Source: an uncultured Spirochaetota bacterium
Lineage (GTDB): Bacteria > Spirochaetota > Spirochaetia > SZUA-6 > Fen-1364
DNA length: 64,000 nt
Direction: 5' to 3'
NCBI GenBank assembly: GCA_963845535.1
Contig: CAWJSK010000013.1
Location: 96,001 to 160,000, forward strand
In this document: piece after piece, positions 47,361 through 57,607 of the stretch
Layout of the letters: the number at the start of each line of letters is the position of its first letter
Position numbering within the stretch: the first letter of the stretch is position 1
Position numbers and translations under genes: made by a program
Notes under the pieces: model-generated
Told to the model about the DNA's origin: nothing
Seen by the model: the letters and a program-made list of their open reading frames with translations, nothing else
The model's database searches: none

Positions 47361-48350
47361 TCAGATTCCGATCCTCTTCATGCCTTCAGCGCTATAGCGG
47401 TCTCCGGCGGCCACGCCCGGCGGCATTGCTTCACCCAATGTGGCCAACTCTTCAGGTGACAGTGAGACGTCCACTGCCGCAATATTGTCCAACAGGTATT
47501 TCTCATGCCGGGTGCCGGGAATGGGGATGATATCCTGGCGCTGGGACAGCACCCAGGCAAGCGCAAGCTGGGCCGTGGTGACCTTTTTCCGCTTTGCCAT
47601 GGCTTCCAGCTTTTCGACCAAGCGGAGGTTCTTCTCGAAGTTGCCGCCGCTCATGCGCGGGTTGACCCGCCGGAAGTCCTTCGCGTCGAATTGCGCGGGG
47701 TCCTTCAAGGCGCCCGTGAGGAAACCTCTCCCGAGAGGACTGTAGGCGACAAACGTGATCCCGAGCTCCTTGCAGGTTTCCTGGATTGGTCCTTCGGCGT
47801 CCCGGGACCACAAGGAGTATTCCGTCTGCAGCGCCGTAATGGGGTGTACGGCGTTTGCACGTTTAATGGTGGAAACGCCTGCCTCCGATAACCCGATGAA
47901 TCGCACTTTGCCCGCCTTCACGAGGGAGGCCATGGCTCCCACGGTATCCTCGATGGGAACATCGGAGTCGACTCTATGCTGATAGTAGAGATCGATGTGG
48001 TCGATCCCGAGCCGTCGAAGGCTCATGTCGCACGCCGAAGCCACGTACTCAGGCTTTCCGCAGATTCCAAGGGAGGCGCCGTCAATGCGGCGCACGTTGC
48101 CGAACTTCGTCGCAACCACCACCTTGTCGCGGTATCCGTCCCGGAGAGCCTGCGCAAGGAGCATTTCGTTGTGGCCGACGCCGTACATGTCCGCCGTGTC
48201 GAGAAAGCTCACGCCCAGATCGATCGCCTTGCGGATGAGGGCCACCGAGGCCGCATCGTCCGATTTCCCATAGAACTCGGACATGCCCATGCAGCCCAAC
48301 CCGATGGCGGAAACCTTGATCCCGCTTCGCCCGAGGCTCCGTTGTTTCAT
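47361..48350 (-). CDS. Aldo/keto reductase
   Basis: 'GLGCMGMS', 'DTADMYG', 'ATKFG', 'DLYYQHR', 'IPIPGT'. Confidence 0.93.
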   Translation of the reverse strand: MKQRSLGRSGIKVSAIGLGCMGMSEFYGKSDDAASVALIRKAIDLGVSFLDTADMYGVGHNEMLLAQALRDGYRDKVVVATKFGNVRRIDGASLGICGKPEYVASACDMSLRRLGIDHIDLYYQHRVDSDVPIEDTVGAMASLVKAGKVRFIGLSEAGVSTIKRANAVHPITALQTEYSLWSRDAEGPIQETCKELGITFVAYSPLGRGFLTGALKDPAQFDAKDFRRVNPRMSGGNFEKNLRLVEKLEAMAKRKKVTTAQLALAWVLSQRQDIIPIPGTRHEKYLLDNIAAVDVSLSPEELATLGEAMPPGVAAGDRYSAEGMKRIGI

Positions 48351-48424
48351 GGTAGAGAAAGTACCGGAAAGGGTAGCCGCGCGGCAACTTTGACATGCGG
48401 CGCTTGTCGCGCTAAGCATTTTTC

Positions 48425-48484
48425 TTGACAAGCGGCAACAGGCAGTGTTATGCTCTCTTTTACGTTACTGACGCGTGTTAGTAA
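48425..48484 (+). promoter_or_regulatory. Sigma70 promoter with extended -10 and downstream LacI-type operator
   Basis: TTGACA (48425)-N18-TATGCT with TG extension; palindrome TTACTGACGCGTGTTAGTAA (48465-48484), central CG. Confidence 0.6.
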
Positions 48485-48516
48485 GATGCATCTCCCACAG
48501 GCCAGGAGGTTTTTCC

Positions 48517-49800
48517 ATGAGACGTAGCGTGATTTTCCTTATTCCGTTCCTGCTGCTGTCATTCCTTGCCACCACCGGCATTCAGCAGGCCGGCGCCCAG
48601 GCAAAGCCGGTCTCCATCCTGGCGACGTGGGGAGGAGACGAGGAAGCCGGGTTCCGCGCCGTCCTTGATGCGTCAAAGATCCCGTACAGCTACGAAGGCA
48701 ACCGCGACTCCACCATCATTTTGAAGTCCCGAGTGGCTGCAAATAACGCGCCGGACATTGCTTTCGTTCCCCGGCCTGGCGAAGTTGCCGCGTACGCCCG
48801 TCAGGGGTCCCTCATTGCGCTGAACCAGGGCATGGGTAATGACATCCTGTCCACCAAGCTTCTCACCACGAATTACGGCAAGGCGTGGATCGACCTGGGA
48901 ACGGTGGACGGCAAGTTCTACGGCCTGATTGCCAAGGCGAACTCGAAGAGCACGTTCTGGTACAAGCCGGCGTCGCTCCGGGCCATTGGTGCGTCCATCC
49001 CCCGGACGTGGGACCAGTTCATCGCGCTGGAGAACAAGTACATCGCCGCGGGCAAGACGCCCCTCTCCGTCGGCGCCAAGGATGGATGGACAATGACCGA
49101 CTGGTTCGAAAACGTCTACGTTCGCATGGTGGGGCCGGATCTCTACCAGAAGCTCCACGTGACCCACGAGGTGAAGTGGACGGATGACACCGTGGTTGCC
49201 GCTGTCCAGAAGATAATCCAGGCATTCACGCCGGAAGACAAGAAGCTCGCTGGCGGAGCCGAGGGGACCCTCTCCACGGGCTTCATAGACGCGTTCAACC
49301 TGGTCCTCAAGCCGGACGCGGCTGCTGAGATGTACTACGAGGGCGGTTTCATGGGCTCCTTTGCCGCGCAGAACTTCCCCAACCTGAAGCCCGGCAAAGA
49401 CTACGACTTCTTCATGTTTCCCTCCATTGACCCGAAGTGGGGAACCCCCGTCATGGGGGGCGGTGACCTGATGGTGGTGTTCGCGGACAATCCCCAGGTC
49501 ACCAGGCTGGTGCGATGGCTCGCGAGCAAGGAGGCCAACACAATCTGGGCGTCGGCCAAGAAAGGCTCCGTGGTGTCGCCGAACAAGCTCGTGAGCCTGT
49601 CAGTGTATCCCCCGCTGACTGCCAAAGAGGCGCGGCAGCTCACAACGAGCCCGATCTTCGTGTTCGATGGATCGGACCAGGCGCCGGCCGCCGTTGGAGG
49701 TGACGCTGAGTTCACGGCGTTCCAGCAGATCATCAAAGATCCCGATCATTACATGGACGCGCTGCAGCAGCTCGAGGACGTCGCGGCGCGCTCGTATTAG
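48517..49800 (+). CDS. Carbohydrate ABC substrate-binding protein (AglE/GgtB-like)
   Basis: Signal peptide; 'NAPDIAFVPRPG', 'KSTFWY', 'GWTMTDWFE', 'FDGSD'. Confidence 0.88.
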   Translation: MRRSVIFLIPFLLLSFLATTGIQQAGAQAKPVSILATWGGDEEAGFRAVLDASKIPYSYEGNRDSTIILKSRVAANNAPDIAFVPRPGEVAAYARQGSLIALNQGMGNDILSTKLLTTNYGKAWIDLGTVDGKFYGLIAKANSKSTFWYKPASLRAIGASIPRTWDQFIALENKYIAAGKTPLSVGAKDGWTMTDWFENVYVRMVGPDLYQKLHVTHEVKWTDDTVVAAVQKIIQAFTPEDKKLAGGAEGTLSTGFIDAFNLVLKPDAAAEMYYEGGFMGSFAAQNFPNLKPGKDYDFFMFPSIDPKWGTPVMGGGDLMVVFADNPQVTRLVRWLASKEANTIWASAKKGSVVSPNKLVSLSVYPPLTAKEARQLTTSPIFVFDGSDQAPAAVGGDAEFTAFQQIIKDPDHYMDALQQLEDVAARSY

Positions 49801-49817
49801 TGGTGCATCAGACCGGA

Positions 49818-49846
49818 AGGGGCGGCTCGCGTCACGAACCGCCCCT
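49818..49846 (+). terminator. Stem-loop between SBP and permease
   Basis: AGGGGCGG...CCGCCCCT. Confidence 0.5.
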
Positions 49847-49866
49847 CTTCGTCCATGGGGGGAACC

Positions 49867-50774
49867 ATGAAAGATCGCGGAGCGCAGCTTCGGGCATGGC
49901 TCTTCGTGCTGCCCGCCCTGATTCTCCTGGCCGCATACCTCGTCTATCCGACCATCCAGACCTTCCGGGTAAGCCTTTTCGGCGGCACCGGTTTCAACCC
50001 GACGCGCTTTGTCGGTCTGAAGAACTATGCTGACCTTCTGACCCATGACTCCCTTTTCTTGAGCCTTCGGCATTGGCCGCCCTCAGGCGCCCTGGTGAAC
50101 AACATCCTGTGGCTGATCCTTTTTGCCGGTGGCACGGTGGCGTTCGGGCTGCTCATTGCCGTCCTGTCCAACGGGATACGGATGGAAAGGCTCGTGAAGT
50201 CCGCCGTCTTCCTCCCCATGGTCATTTCAGCAACGGCCGCCGCGGTCATCGCCAGGTTCCTGTTCAGCACCGACGCCTCTATTGGCGTGATCAATGCGCT
50301 GCTCAAGCTCGTGATTCCCGATTTCACCCCCATCGCCTGGCTGGGGATAGCGCGGGTGGTGAATTACGCCCTGATTGCCACGGGTGTCTGGATATGGACG
50401 GGCCTTTCCATGACGGTCCTGTCCGCGGCCTACAAATCCATTGACACCACGGTGCTGGAAGCAGCCCGGGTGGACGGCGCCACTCCCTGGAAGACTTTCT
50501 GGCGCATCAGCGTCCCCATGCTTGCCCAGCCCATCACGTTTGTCGCCATTACCATGATCATCAACAGCCTCAAGATGATCGACCTGGTGCTCGTCATGAC
50601 CTTCGGAGGGCCGGCGGAGCCAGCCGGGTGATCGGGTTCAGCTTCTACTGGGAAGTCTTCAACAACGACCTCGTTGGCTACGGGAGCGCCGTGGCAATAT
50701 TCATGCTCGTAACGCTGGTGCCGCTCATGTATGTCCAGGTGCGGCGGATCCGCAGGCAGGAGGCGGGCAGATGA
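49867..50774 (+). CDS. Carbohydrate ABC permease, single-base frameshift near 50610
   Basis: 'LEAARVDGAT'; after 'MTFGGP' the other frame continues 'GGASRVIGFSFYWEVFNN...GYGSAVA' to TGA 50772-50774. Confidence 0.88.
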
Positions 50775-51625
50775 ACATCCCGATGGAACGCCAGCCCATG
50801 ACTGCCGGGCGCATCATCCGCTCCGTCGTCATCTTCCTGATTGCCGTTGCCTGGCTCGTGCCCACCGTGGGGCTTCTCGTCACGTCGTTTCGGCCTCAAT
50901 CCGACATCGCGGCAAGCGGGTGGTGGCAGATCGTCGTGACGCCGCGCTTCACCACGGACAACTACAATGCCGTTCTCAGCGCGCAGCATTTCTTCAACAA
51001 CTTCATCAACAGCTTCATCATCACCATTCCCGCCACCGTCCTGCCCATCATCATCGGAGCCCTTGCCGCATACGCCTTCGCCTGGATGCGCTTCCGCGGA
51101 AGGAACCTGATCTTCATGATCATTGTGGCGCTCCTTGTGCTGCCTCTCCAGGAGACATGGGTCCCCGTGCTGAAGATGCAGAGCAAGCTCGGCCTTACCC
51201 GGAGCTGGCTGTCCATCTGGCTTGCCCACACCGCATACGGGCTGCCCTTCGCCATCTTCCTGCTTCGAAACTTCTTCTCCGAGCTTCCCAAGGAGCTTTT
51301 CGAAGCGTCGCGCATGGATGGCTATTCCGATCTGGGAGTCTTTGCCAGGATCGTTCTCCCGCTTTCCGTCCCGGCGCTTGCCTCCCTGGGGATCTTCCAG
51401 TTCGTCTGGGTCTGGAACGACCTGATGAACGCCCTGGTGCTGCTCCAGGATCTCCACAAGTTCCCGCTGACGGTGGCCATACAGAACCTGCTCGGTTCGT
51501 ATGGATCGGAGTGGAACCTTCTGGCCTCCGGCGCTTTCATCTCGATGTCGGTCCCGCTGCTTGTATTCTTTTTGCTGCAGCGCTACTTCGTGCAGGGGCT
51601 CACGGCAGGGGCTGTGAAGGGATAA
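50771..51625 (+). CDS. Carbohydrate ABC permease (AglG-like)
   Basis: 'WLAHTAYGLP', 'FEASRMDG', 'FQFVWVWNDL', 'QRYFVQGL'. Confidence 0.92.
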   Translation: MNIPMERQPMTAGRIIRSVVIFLIAVAWLVPTVGLLVTSFRPQSDIAASGWWQIVVTPRFTTDNYNAVLSAQHFFNNFINSFIITIPATVLPIIIGALAAYAFAWMRFRGRNLIFMIIVALLVLPLQETWVPVLKMQSKLGLTRSWLSIWLAHTAYGLPFAIFLLRNFFSELPKELFEASRMDGYSDLGVFARIVLPLSVPALASLGIFQFVWVWNDLMNALVLLQDLHKFPLTVAIQNLLGSYGSEWNLLASGAFISMSVPLLVFFLLQRYFVQGLTAGAVKG

Positions 51626-51658
51626 CGGACGCTGCTGGAGACGGAGCGGGTGTCAGGG

Positions 51659-54361
51659 ATGAGGAAACAGCCTCTTCGGATCTTCGTCGTCTTCAAGACG
51701 CATTTCGACATCGGCTTCACGGGCCTGGTGGATGAGGTGCTGGACGGCTACGCGAACGTGATGGTGCCGCAGGCGCTCGACGCGTGCCGGAAGACCGCCG
51801 CAAACGAGCCCGGCCATCGCTACGTCTGGACGCTTCCTGCCTGGCCCCTGGCCTACTGCCTGCGGAAGCTCTCGGGAAGCGCGCTGGGAAAGGAGCTGGA
51901 GAAGAGAGTGCTTGAGGGCGCGGTTGTGTGGCACGCGCTTCCGTTCACGACCCACACGGAGCTTTTTGGACTGGAAGACCTCACCCGCGGGCTGTACATC
52001 GGCCGGTCCATGGGGGAGCGCTTCGGGCGCAAGGCCGTTGCCGCGAAGATGACGGACGTGCCAGGCCACACGTGGATACTGCCGACGCTCCTGTGGGCAG
52101 CCGGCATTCGCTTCCTCCACCTGGGGTGCAACCCTTGCTCCACTCCGCCGGAGGTCCCGCCCCTTTTCCTCTGGGAGGGCCCGGATGGGTCGCGGATCAG
52201 GACGATGTATTCGCGCGGCGGATACGGGACCGGGCTCCTTCCGCCGCTCGACTGGACGCTGCCGGTCTGGCTTGCCCTGCAGCACACGAACGACAACGCC
52301 GGGCCGCAGAGCGCAGAGGTGGTCCAGCAGATCCTCCAATCAGTGCGCGAAAGCTCCCCCGGCGCCAGCGTCGTCTTCGGGACGCTTGATGACTTTGCGC
52401 GGGCGCTGGATGAGCTGAACCCTGACCTTCCCGTGGTTCGCAAGGACCTCGCGGACTCCTGGATCCACGGCGCGGGGACCATGCCTGTCGAGGTCTCGAT
52501 GCTTCGGGAGCTTCAGCACCGCCTTGTCCGGGATGAGAGCGCAATCGCAGTCCGATCCTGGCTGCGCGGAGAGACCGCGCGCTCGAAGGTTCATCGGTCC
52601 CCGAGCGCGAACGCTCATCGGTCCGCCATCGCAGCCGCATACGAGAAGATGCTCCTTTTCGTCGAGCATACCTGGGGCATGGACACGAAGCTGGCGCTCA
52701 ACCCCGAGGAGTTCGGCGGCAGGGTCTATGACAAGAACGCCTTCCAGGCTGTCCGCGCCTCAGGCAGGTACGCGCGCATCCAGAAATCCTGGGCGGACAA
52801 GAAGAAGCTCGTTGCAGAGGCGCAGGAAATCGTGCAGCAGGTGGAAGCGCGTCTCACGGAAGGGGAGCCAGGCCCGGCCACCGGCGCGCCGGCAACCTTT
52901 GAGGTGGTGAACCACCACCTCTGGGAGTGGACGGGGCGACTGAAGCTCGGGAAGCTCGGGACTCACGTGAAGGCGACCATCGTGCAGGATGGGTCGGAAT
53001 TGCCCGTCACGGTGCTCGACAACGAGACGTGGGTGACTCTTCGGCACCTCGCTCCGCTGTCCTTGACGCGCGTGCGCGTGGAGAAAGCGCTGGGTCGCGC
53101 GGCAGCGTCGCGCGCCCGTCCCAAGGGAGCGGACCGTTTCACGGCGCGCGTGCGCGCTTCGGGAGCGCGCCTGACTCTTCAGAACGGCCGGGTCAGCGTA
53201 CGCGTGGATACAGCCGGAGGCGGTGTCGTCGGTCTCATTGATTGCGCCACTGGCCGCGACTGGGTGGACAGGAAAGCCGGCCTCCCTTTCGGGGGGTACC
53301 AGTACGACGTGTACTCGCGCCGGGAGATCGTCGACTACCTGAAAAGCTACGCCTATGACCTCGAGCCGTGGTTCCTCGGCGATTTTGGAAAACCCGGTTA
53401 CCCGGAGGGCCTTCATCGGACTTTCACCGGAACGCTCGCCCATGTGACGCAGGAGAGCGGCGCCGGCTGGGCGCGTCTGCGCCTCCTTTGGAAACAGGAC
53501 CCTGAGAGCGTACGGAGGTTCGGGAACGCGGCGGAGGTCACGCAGAGCGTCACGGTGTTCGATGATGAGCCCTGGGTGGACATGGACTTTTCCCTGGTCG
53601 ACAAAGAGGCGTCTCCGCTCCTGGAGGCGGGGCACGTCGTGCTGCCGCTCCTTTCTGACAGGCCGAAATATGCCATCAACAAGACCGGAAGCGTGGTCGA
53701 TCCTGCCCGAGACATCGAGAAGAACTGCAATCGCCTTCTGTATTGCTGTGAGAGGTGGACGGACGTTTCAGACCGGGGCGGGAGCATGTTGATCATACCC
53801 AGGGACACGCCGCTTTTTTCCATTGGATCACCGGCCATAGAGAGGTTCGACGGAGCTGCCCTTCCCGGCAGGCCCGTTCTCTATTTCAATCTTTTCAACA
53901 CGCAGTGGGGCACCAATTTCCCGCAGTGGCTCGAAGGGAACTTCCGTTCCCGCTTCCGCCTCATCCCGCATGCCGGGAACTGGCGCTCCGCCCGCGCCTG
54001 GGAGCTCGCAGCGGCCGCGCTTCAGCCGCCGTCATGCCTCCCGCAGCCGCGCGCTCAGGCGGAGGATCAGGGGGTGTATGGTCTCCTGGATGGTCCCGCG
54101 CGCGGGCTGGAGACCGTAACGCTGAAAGCCGCTGAGGATGGGAGCGGCATGATTCTGCGCCTGCGCGAACCCAGCGGCCGCGCGGGCGCGCGGACTCTGC
54201 GTTTTCACCATACGCAGTCAGCTCGCAAGCCGCAGGTCATCCGCTGCTCGCTCCTGGAGGAAGAGCAGGAGCCGCTGTCTGTAAAGCTGGAGCGTGGCTC
54301 GGCGGTCGTTGCTTTCTCTGTCCGTCCCTTCGAGGTGCTCACGCTGAAGATGAAGGCCTGA
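51659..54361 (+). CDS. Glycoside hydrolase, GH38-N/DUF5054-like
   Basis: 'FKTHFDIGFT', 'WHALPF', 'TDVPGHT', 'LWEGPDGS', 'NDNAGP', 'EHTWG', 'WGTNFPQW'; GH38-like C-terminus 'LKAAEDG..ILRLRE...PFEVLTL'. Confidence 0.78.
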   Translation: MRKQPLRIFVVFKTHFDIGFTGLVDEVLDGYANVMVPQALDACRKTAANEPGHRYVWTLPAWPLAYCLRKLSGSALGKELEKRVLEGAVVWHALPFTTHTELFGLEDLTRGLYIGRSMGERFGRKAVAAKMTDVPGHTWILPTLLWAAGIRFLHLGCNPCSTPPEVPPLFLWEGPDGSRIRTMYSRGGYGTGLLPPLDWTLPVWLALQHTNDNAGPQSAEVVQQILQSVRESSPGASVVFGTLDDFARALDELNPDLPVVRKDLADSWIHGAGTMPVEVSMLRELQHRLVRDESAIAVRSWLRGETARSKVHRSPSANAHRSAIAAAYEKMLLFVEHTWGMDTKLALNPEEFGGRVYDKNAFQAVRASGRYARIQKSWADKKKLVAEAQEIVQQVEARLTEGEPGPATGAPATFEVVNHHLWEWTGRLKLGKLGTHVKATIVQDGSELPVTVLDNETWVTLRHLAPLSLTRVRVEKALGRAAASRARPKGADRFTARVRASGARLTLQNGRVSVRVDTAGGGVVGLIDCATGRDWVDRKAGLPFGGYQYDVYSRREIVDYLKSYAYDLEPWFLGDFGKPGYPEGLHRTFTGTLAHVTQESGAGWARLRLLWKQDPESVRRFGNAAEVTQSVTVFDDEPWVDMDFSLVDKEASPLLEAGHVVLPLLSDRPKYAINKTGSVVDPARDIEKNCNRLLYCCERWTDVSDRGGSMLIIPRDTPLFSIGSPAIERFDGAALPGRPVLYFNLFNTQWGTNFPQWLEGNFRSRFRLIPHAGNWRSARAWELAAAALQPPSCLPQPRAQAEDQGVYGLLDGPARGLETVTLKAAEDGSGMILRLREPSGRAGARTLRFHHTQSARKPQVIRCSLLEEEQEPLSVKLERGSAVVAFSVRPFEVLTLKMKA

Positions 54362-54377
54362 CGGAGATCTGCCCCTC

Positions 54378-55211
54378 CTACATCTTGATGCCGGTCAGCG
54401 TGACCCCTTCCACAAAATAGCGCTGGCCGATGAAGAAGACGATGATCGGAGGCACGATGATGATGACCGTGGCCGCCATCAGATCGTTCCACTGAGTAGC
54501 GAAGGTTCCGATGAAGTGCGTCAGGCCGATTGCAAGCGTGTAGGTGTTGGGGTTATTGAGGTAGATCAGGGGTGAGAAGAAATCGTTCCACTGGAAGAAA
54601 AACTGGAAAAGGCCCACGGCAATGAGGGCGGGCTGGATGAACGGGAGCAGGATCTGGCGGAAGATGCGGAAATACGTTGCCCCGTCCATGCGCGCCGCGT
54701 CGTCGAAGTCTTTCGGCACGGTCATGAAGAACTGCCGCAGGAGAAAAACGTTGAACGCGCCGCCGCCGAACCAGTATGGGACGATGAGAGGCAGGAACGT
54801 GTTCACCAGATGAAGCCGCGTCCAGAGGATGAACTGCGGGATCAAAACGACGGCAGGCGGAATGATGATGGCGCCCACCACGAGCGAGAACCAGAATCCG
54901 CGAAGCGGAAAACGGAACCTGGCCAGGCCGTACGCGGAAAGGCTCGAGGTCACCAGGGAGGCAAGCACCGTGGGGACGACGATGATCATGGTGTTCCTGA
55001 AGTACAGAAGGAACGGGACCGTCGTCATGGCGTTTGCGTAGTTGTCCCAGCGCATGCGGCTCGGCCACACGAGAGGCGGAAACTTGAATGTGTCCGCGAG
55101 GGTCATCAAGGAGCTTCGCGCGAGCCAGAAGATCGGGATGAGGCAGACCACGGCGCCCACGGTGAGAATGAAGTAGAGCAGCGCGTTCGGCACAGCCCGG
55201 GCCATTCTCAT
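54378..55211 (-). CDS. Carbohydrate ABC permease
   Basis: 'FLLRQFF', 'DAARMDGA', 'WNDFFSPLIYL', 'QRYFVEG'. Confidence 0.92.
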   Translation of the reverse strand: MRMARAVPNALLYFILTVGAVVCLIPIFWLARSSLMTLADTFKFPPLVWPSRMRWDNYANAMTTVPFLLYFRNTMIIVVPTVLASLVTSSLSAYGLARFRFPLRGFWFSLVVGAIIIPPAVVLIPQFILWTRLHLVNTFLPLIVPYWFGGGAFNVFLLRQFFMTVPKDFDDAARMDGATYFRIFRQILLPFIQPALIAVGLFQFFFQWNDFFSPLIYLNNPNTYTLAIGLTHFIGTFATQWNDLMAATVIIIVPPIIVFFIGQRYFVEGVTLTGIKM

Positions 55212-56098
55212 GAAGTCTCTCCCCCATAGTACACCCAGCGCCGCGACCAGCGGAAAAGGAGCAGGCCCAGGAGGGAGACGACCAGGAAAAGGACGAGTGA
55301 CAAGGCCGCGGCGCCGCCCATGTTGTCCCGCTGGAAACCTTCGCGGTATATGAGGTACACGTAGAAGAGGCTTGCGTTGTTCGGGCCGCCCCCCGTCATG
55401 ACGTAGATTTGCGTGAAGACCTGGAACGAATTGATCAGCCCCACGACGAGGTTGAAGAACGTCACCGGCGAGATCATGGGCCACGTGATGGCCCAGAACT
55501 TGTGAAACCAGTTTCCGCCGTCTATTTCCACCGCCTCCAGGAGCTGCCGCGGAACGCCTTGAAGCGCGGCCAGGAAGATCACGATGGTGTTGCCCGCCCC
55601 TCCCCAGACGGACATGAGCACGAGGGAAGGCACCACGGTGGTCTGGCCGACGAGCCACAGGGATTTGCGGATCCCGAAGGCGTGCAGGAGATCATTGAAG
55701 AGGCCGAAGTCAGGATTGTACAGCCAGAGCCAGAGAATGCTGCTTGCGACGACCGGCAGGATGGAGGGAAGATAAAAGACGGCCCGGTAGATCCCGCGTC
55801 CGCGGATCTTCTGGTTCAGGAGCATTGCAAGGACAAGGGAGTAGAGGATCGTCAGCGTCACATTGAGGATGACGAAATACGTGGTGACGGCGAGTGAGCC
55901 GCGGAAGAAAAGGTCCGTGGTGAACAGGCGAACGTAGTTGAGAAGCCCGATCAGGCGGGGCGGGGTGAGGACGTTCCAGTCGGTGAAGCTGATGAGGAGG
56001 CTCCCGATCATGGGTCCGATCACCCAGATCAGGAGCCCGAGGATCACCGGAGAGGCGAACAGATACCCCGCGATTGCTTCCCGGGAAGGAGCTCTCAC
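55208..56098 (-). CDS. Carbohydrate ABC permease
   Basis: 'LEAVEIDGG', 'ITWPMISP', 'FQVFTQ', 'GGPNN'. Confidence 0.92.
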   Translation of the reverse strand: MRAPSREAIAGYLFASPVILGLLIWVIGPMIGSLLISFTDWNVLTPPRLIGLLNYVRLFTTDLFFRGSLAVTTYFVILNVTLTILYSLVLAMLLNQKIRGRGIYRAVFYLPSILPVVASSILWLWLYNPDFGLFNDLLHAFGIRKSLWLVGQTTVVPSLVLMSVWGGAGNTIVIFLAALQGVPRQLLEAVEIDGGNWFHKFWAITWPMISPVTFFNLVVGLINSFQVFTQIYVMTGGGPNNASLFYVYLIYREGFQRDNMGGAAALSLVLFLVVSLLGLLLFRWSRRWVYYGGETS

Positions 56099-57444
56099 TT
56101 TCCCTGGAAGATGGGGGTTATCTTGGGCATGATCTCGTTGTTGATCACGTCCGCTGCCGTCTTCTGGCCCAGCCAGACCTGCTGGAGCGCCGCCTCGATC
56201 ACGTCATCCATTTTCGCAAAGGTCGGCACGTAGTACTGGGGAAGCCGATGCGAATAGTTCAGCGCGAAGTCGACCACCGCCGCCCTGTACTCGGGCGGGT
56301 GCACCGGGTTGTCGACCCACTGGGAGACCAGCTTCGGATCCGAATACCACCGCTTTTCGTTGGGAAGCCAGAGGCCGTTCTTCAAGAGCGGGAGAGCGTT
56401 CTCAGGGCTCATGACGTACTTCAGAAGCTGGAGGGCCTCGGGGACGTGCTTCGAGCTCTTGTAGACGACAATGGGCGTGCCGACGGAGGAGGTGGCGAGG
56501 TTCTTCATGTAGGGCAGGACGCCCACGCCGAAGTCCAGGCCCTGCTGCTGCTTTGTGATCCCCAGCGTGAGCAGGTCCCACGTGCCGTCCACGACCATGG
56601 CCACCTGCTGGCTGAGCAGCGCTGTTGCCGCCGCGGTGGGCATCTGCTGCGTGCCGGGCGCGGGGCTCACGTGGTCCACCGTCACAAGGTCGGCCATTTT
56701 CTGGATTGCGTCGATGGTGGCAGGGTCGTCCATGATCAGCTTCGTCCCGTCCGCGTTCACGAGCCCGCCGCCGTTGCTGATTGCGAACGTGAGCCACGGC
56801 ATCCACCAGTTCTGGACCCACGTCCCGAACTGGTGGACGTTCTGCGGATCAAAGCCGGCGTCATTCGGAGTCTTGCCGTTCGCGTCCTTGGTGAGCTGCT
56901 TGGCCACCTGCACGAACTTGTCCCAGCTCCATGCCTTGCTCGCGTCCGCAGGCGGGTAGGGAAGCCCTGCCGCGTCGAACATCTTCTTGCTGTACCAGAT
57001 CACCTGGATTTCATTCGCCACGCTGATTCCGACGATCTTGCCGTCCGGGGTGACGAACTTGATGGCGTCCAGCTTCGCGGGCTGGCTCTTGTAGAAATCA
57101 GTGAGGTCCACGAACTTCCCGTTCATCCCCCACGTCAGCACGTTGGGCTCGTAGAAGTACCCGAGGTCCGGCAGCGTGTTGCTCGCGGCCAGCGTCGTTA
57201 CCTTGGTGTTGAAATCCGTGTTCGAGCCGAAGTTGAGGGGCTCGATCTTCACGTTGGGGTGCTTTTGCATGTAACTGTTCAGATACGCGTTTGTGGCGTT
57301 GATCTCGTTCTGGTCCCCCCAGAACGCATACTGAAGCGTCACCGGACCTGTGGATTCAGCCTGCCCGCCCGCAGCTGCCGGGAGTACCCCGAGCAGCATG
57401 AGTGCCGCGGAACATGCCACGACCATGAGCGCTCGCTTGGCCAT
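56095..57444 (-). CDS. Carbohydrate ABC substrate-binding protein
   Basis: SD GAAGGAGG; leader ending 'AAAGGQAES'; 'YSKKMFDAAGL', 'WSWD', 'FGVGVLP'. Confidence 0.9.
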   Translation of the reverse strand: MAKRALMVVACSAALMLLGVLPAAAGGQAESTGPVTLQYAFWGDQNEINATNAYLNSYMQKHPNVKIEPLNFGSNTDFNTKVTTLAASNTLPDLGYFYEPNVLTWGMNGKFVDLTDFYKSQPAKLDAIKFVTPDGKIVGISVANEIQVIWYSKKMFDAAGLPYPPADASKAWSWDKFVQVAKQLTKDANGKTPNDAGFDPQNVHQFGTWVQNWWMPWLTFAISNGGGLVNADGTKLIMDDPATIDAIQKMADLVTVDHVSPAPGTQQMPTAAATALLSQQVAMVVDGTWDLLTLGITKQQQGLDFGVGVLPYMKNLATSSVGTPIVVYKSSKHVPEALQLLKYVMSPENALPLLKNGLWLPNEKRWYSDPKLVSQWVDNPVHPPEYRAAVVDFALNYSHRLPQYYVPTFAKMDDVIEAALQQVWLGQKTAADVINNEIMPKITPIFQGK

Positions 57445-57607
57445 AGGCAATCCTCCTTCGAACATCGACGTAAGATGAAAGTCGTCCCGGGCACCGCCCG
57501 GTTGGTAGGGATGGAACAGGACAAGATGGGGCGAATACCGACTTGCCCGTCGCCATATTGAACAGGACGCCGCATTCGTGCACGGTCTGCGTGGAAGGAG
57601 AGAGGAA

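Noticed and set aside
56074..57561. 495-aa plus-strand ORF and other long antisense ORFs (e.g. 11470..12462, 36691..37758, 57885..59180)
   Set aside because: Shadow ORFs opposite well-supported genes in GC-rich DNA; no recognisable motifs
57445..57607. Sigma54 promoter upstream of PII
   Set aside because: No TGGCAC-N5-TTGC match
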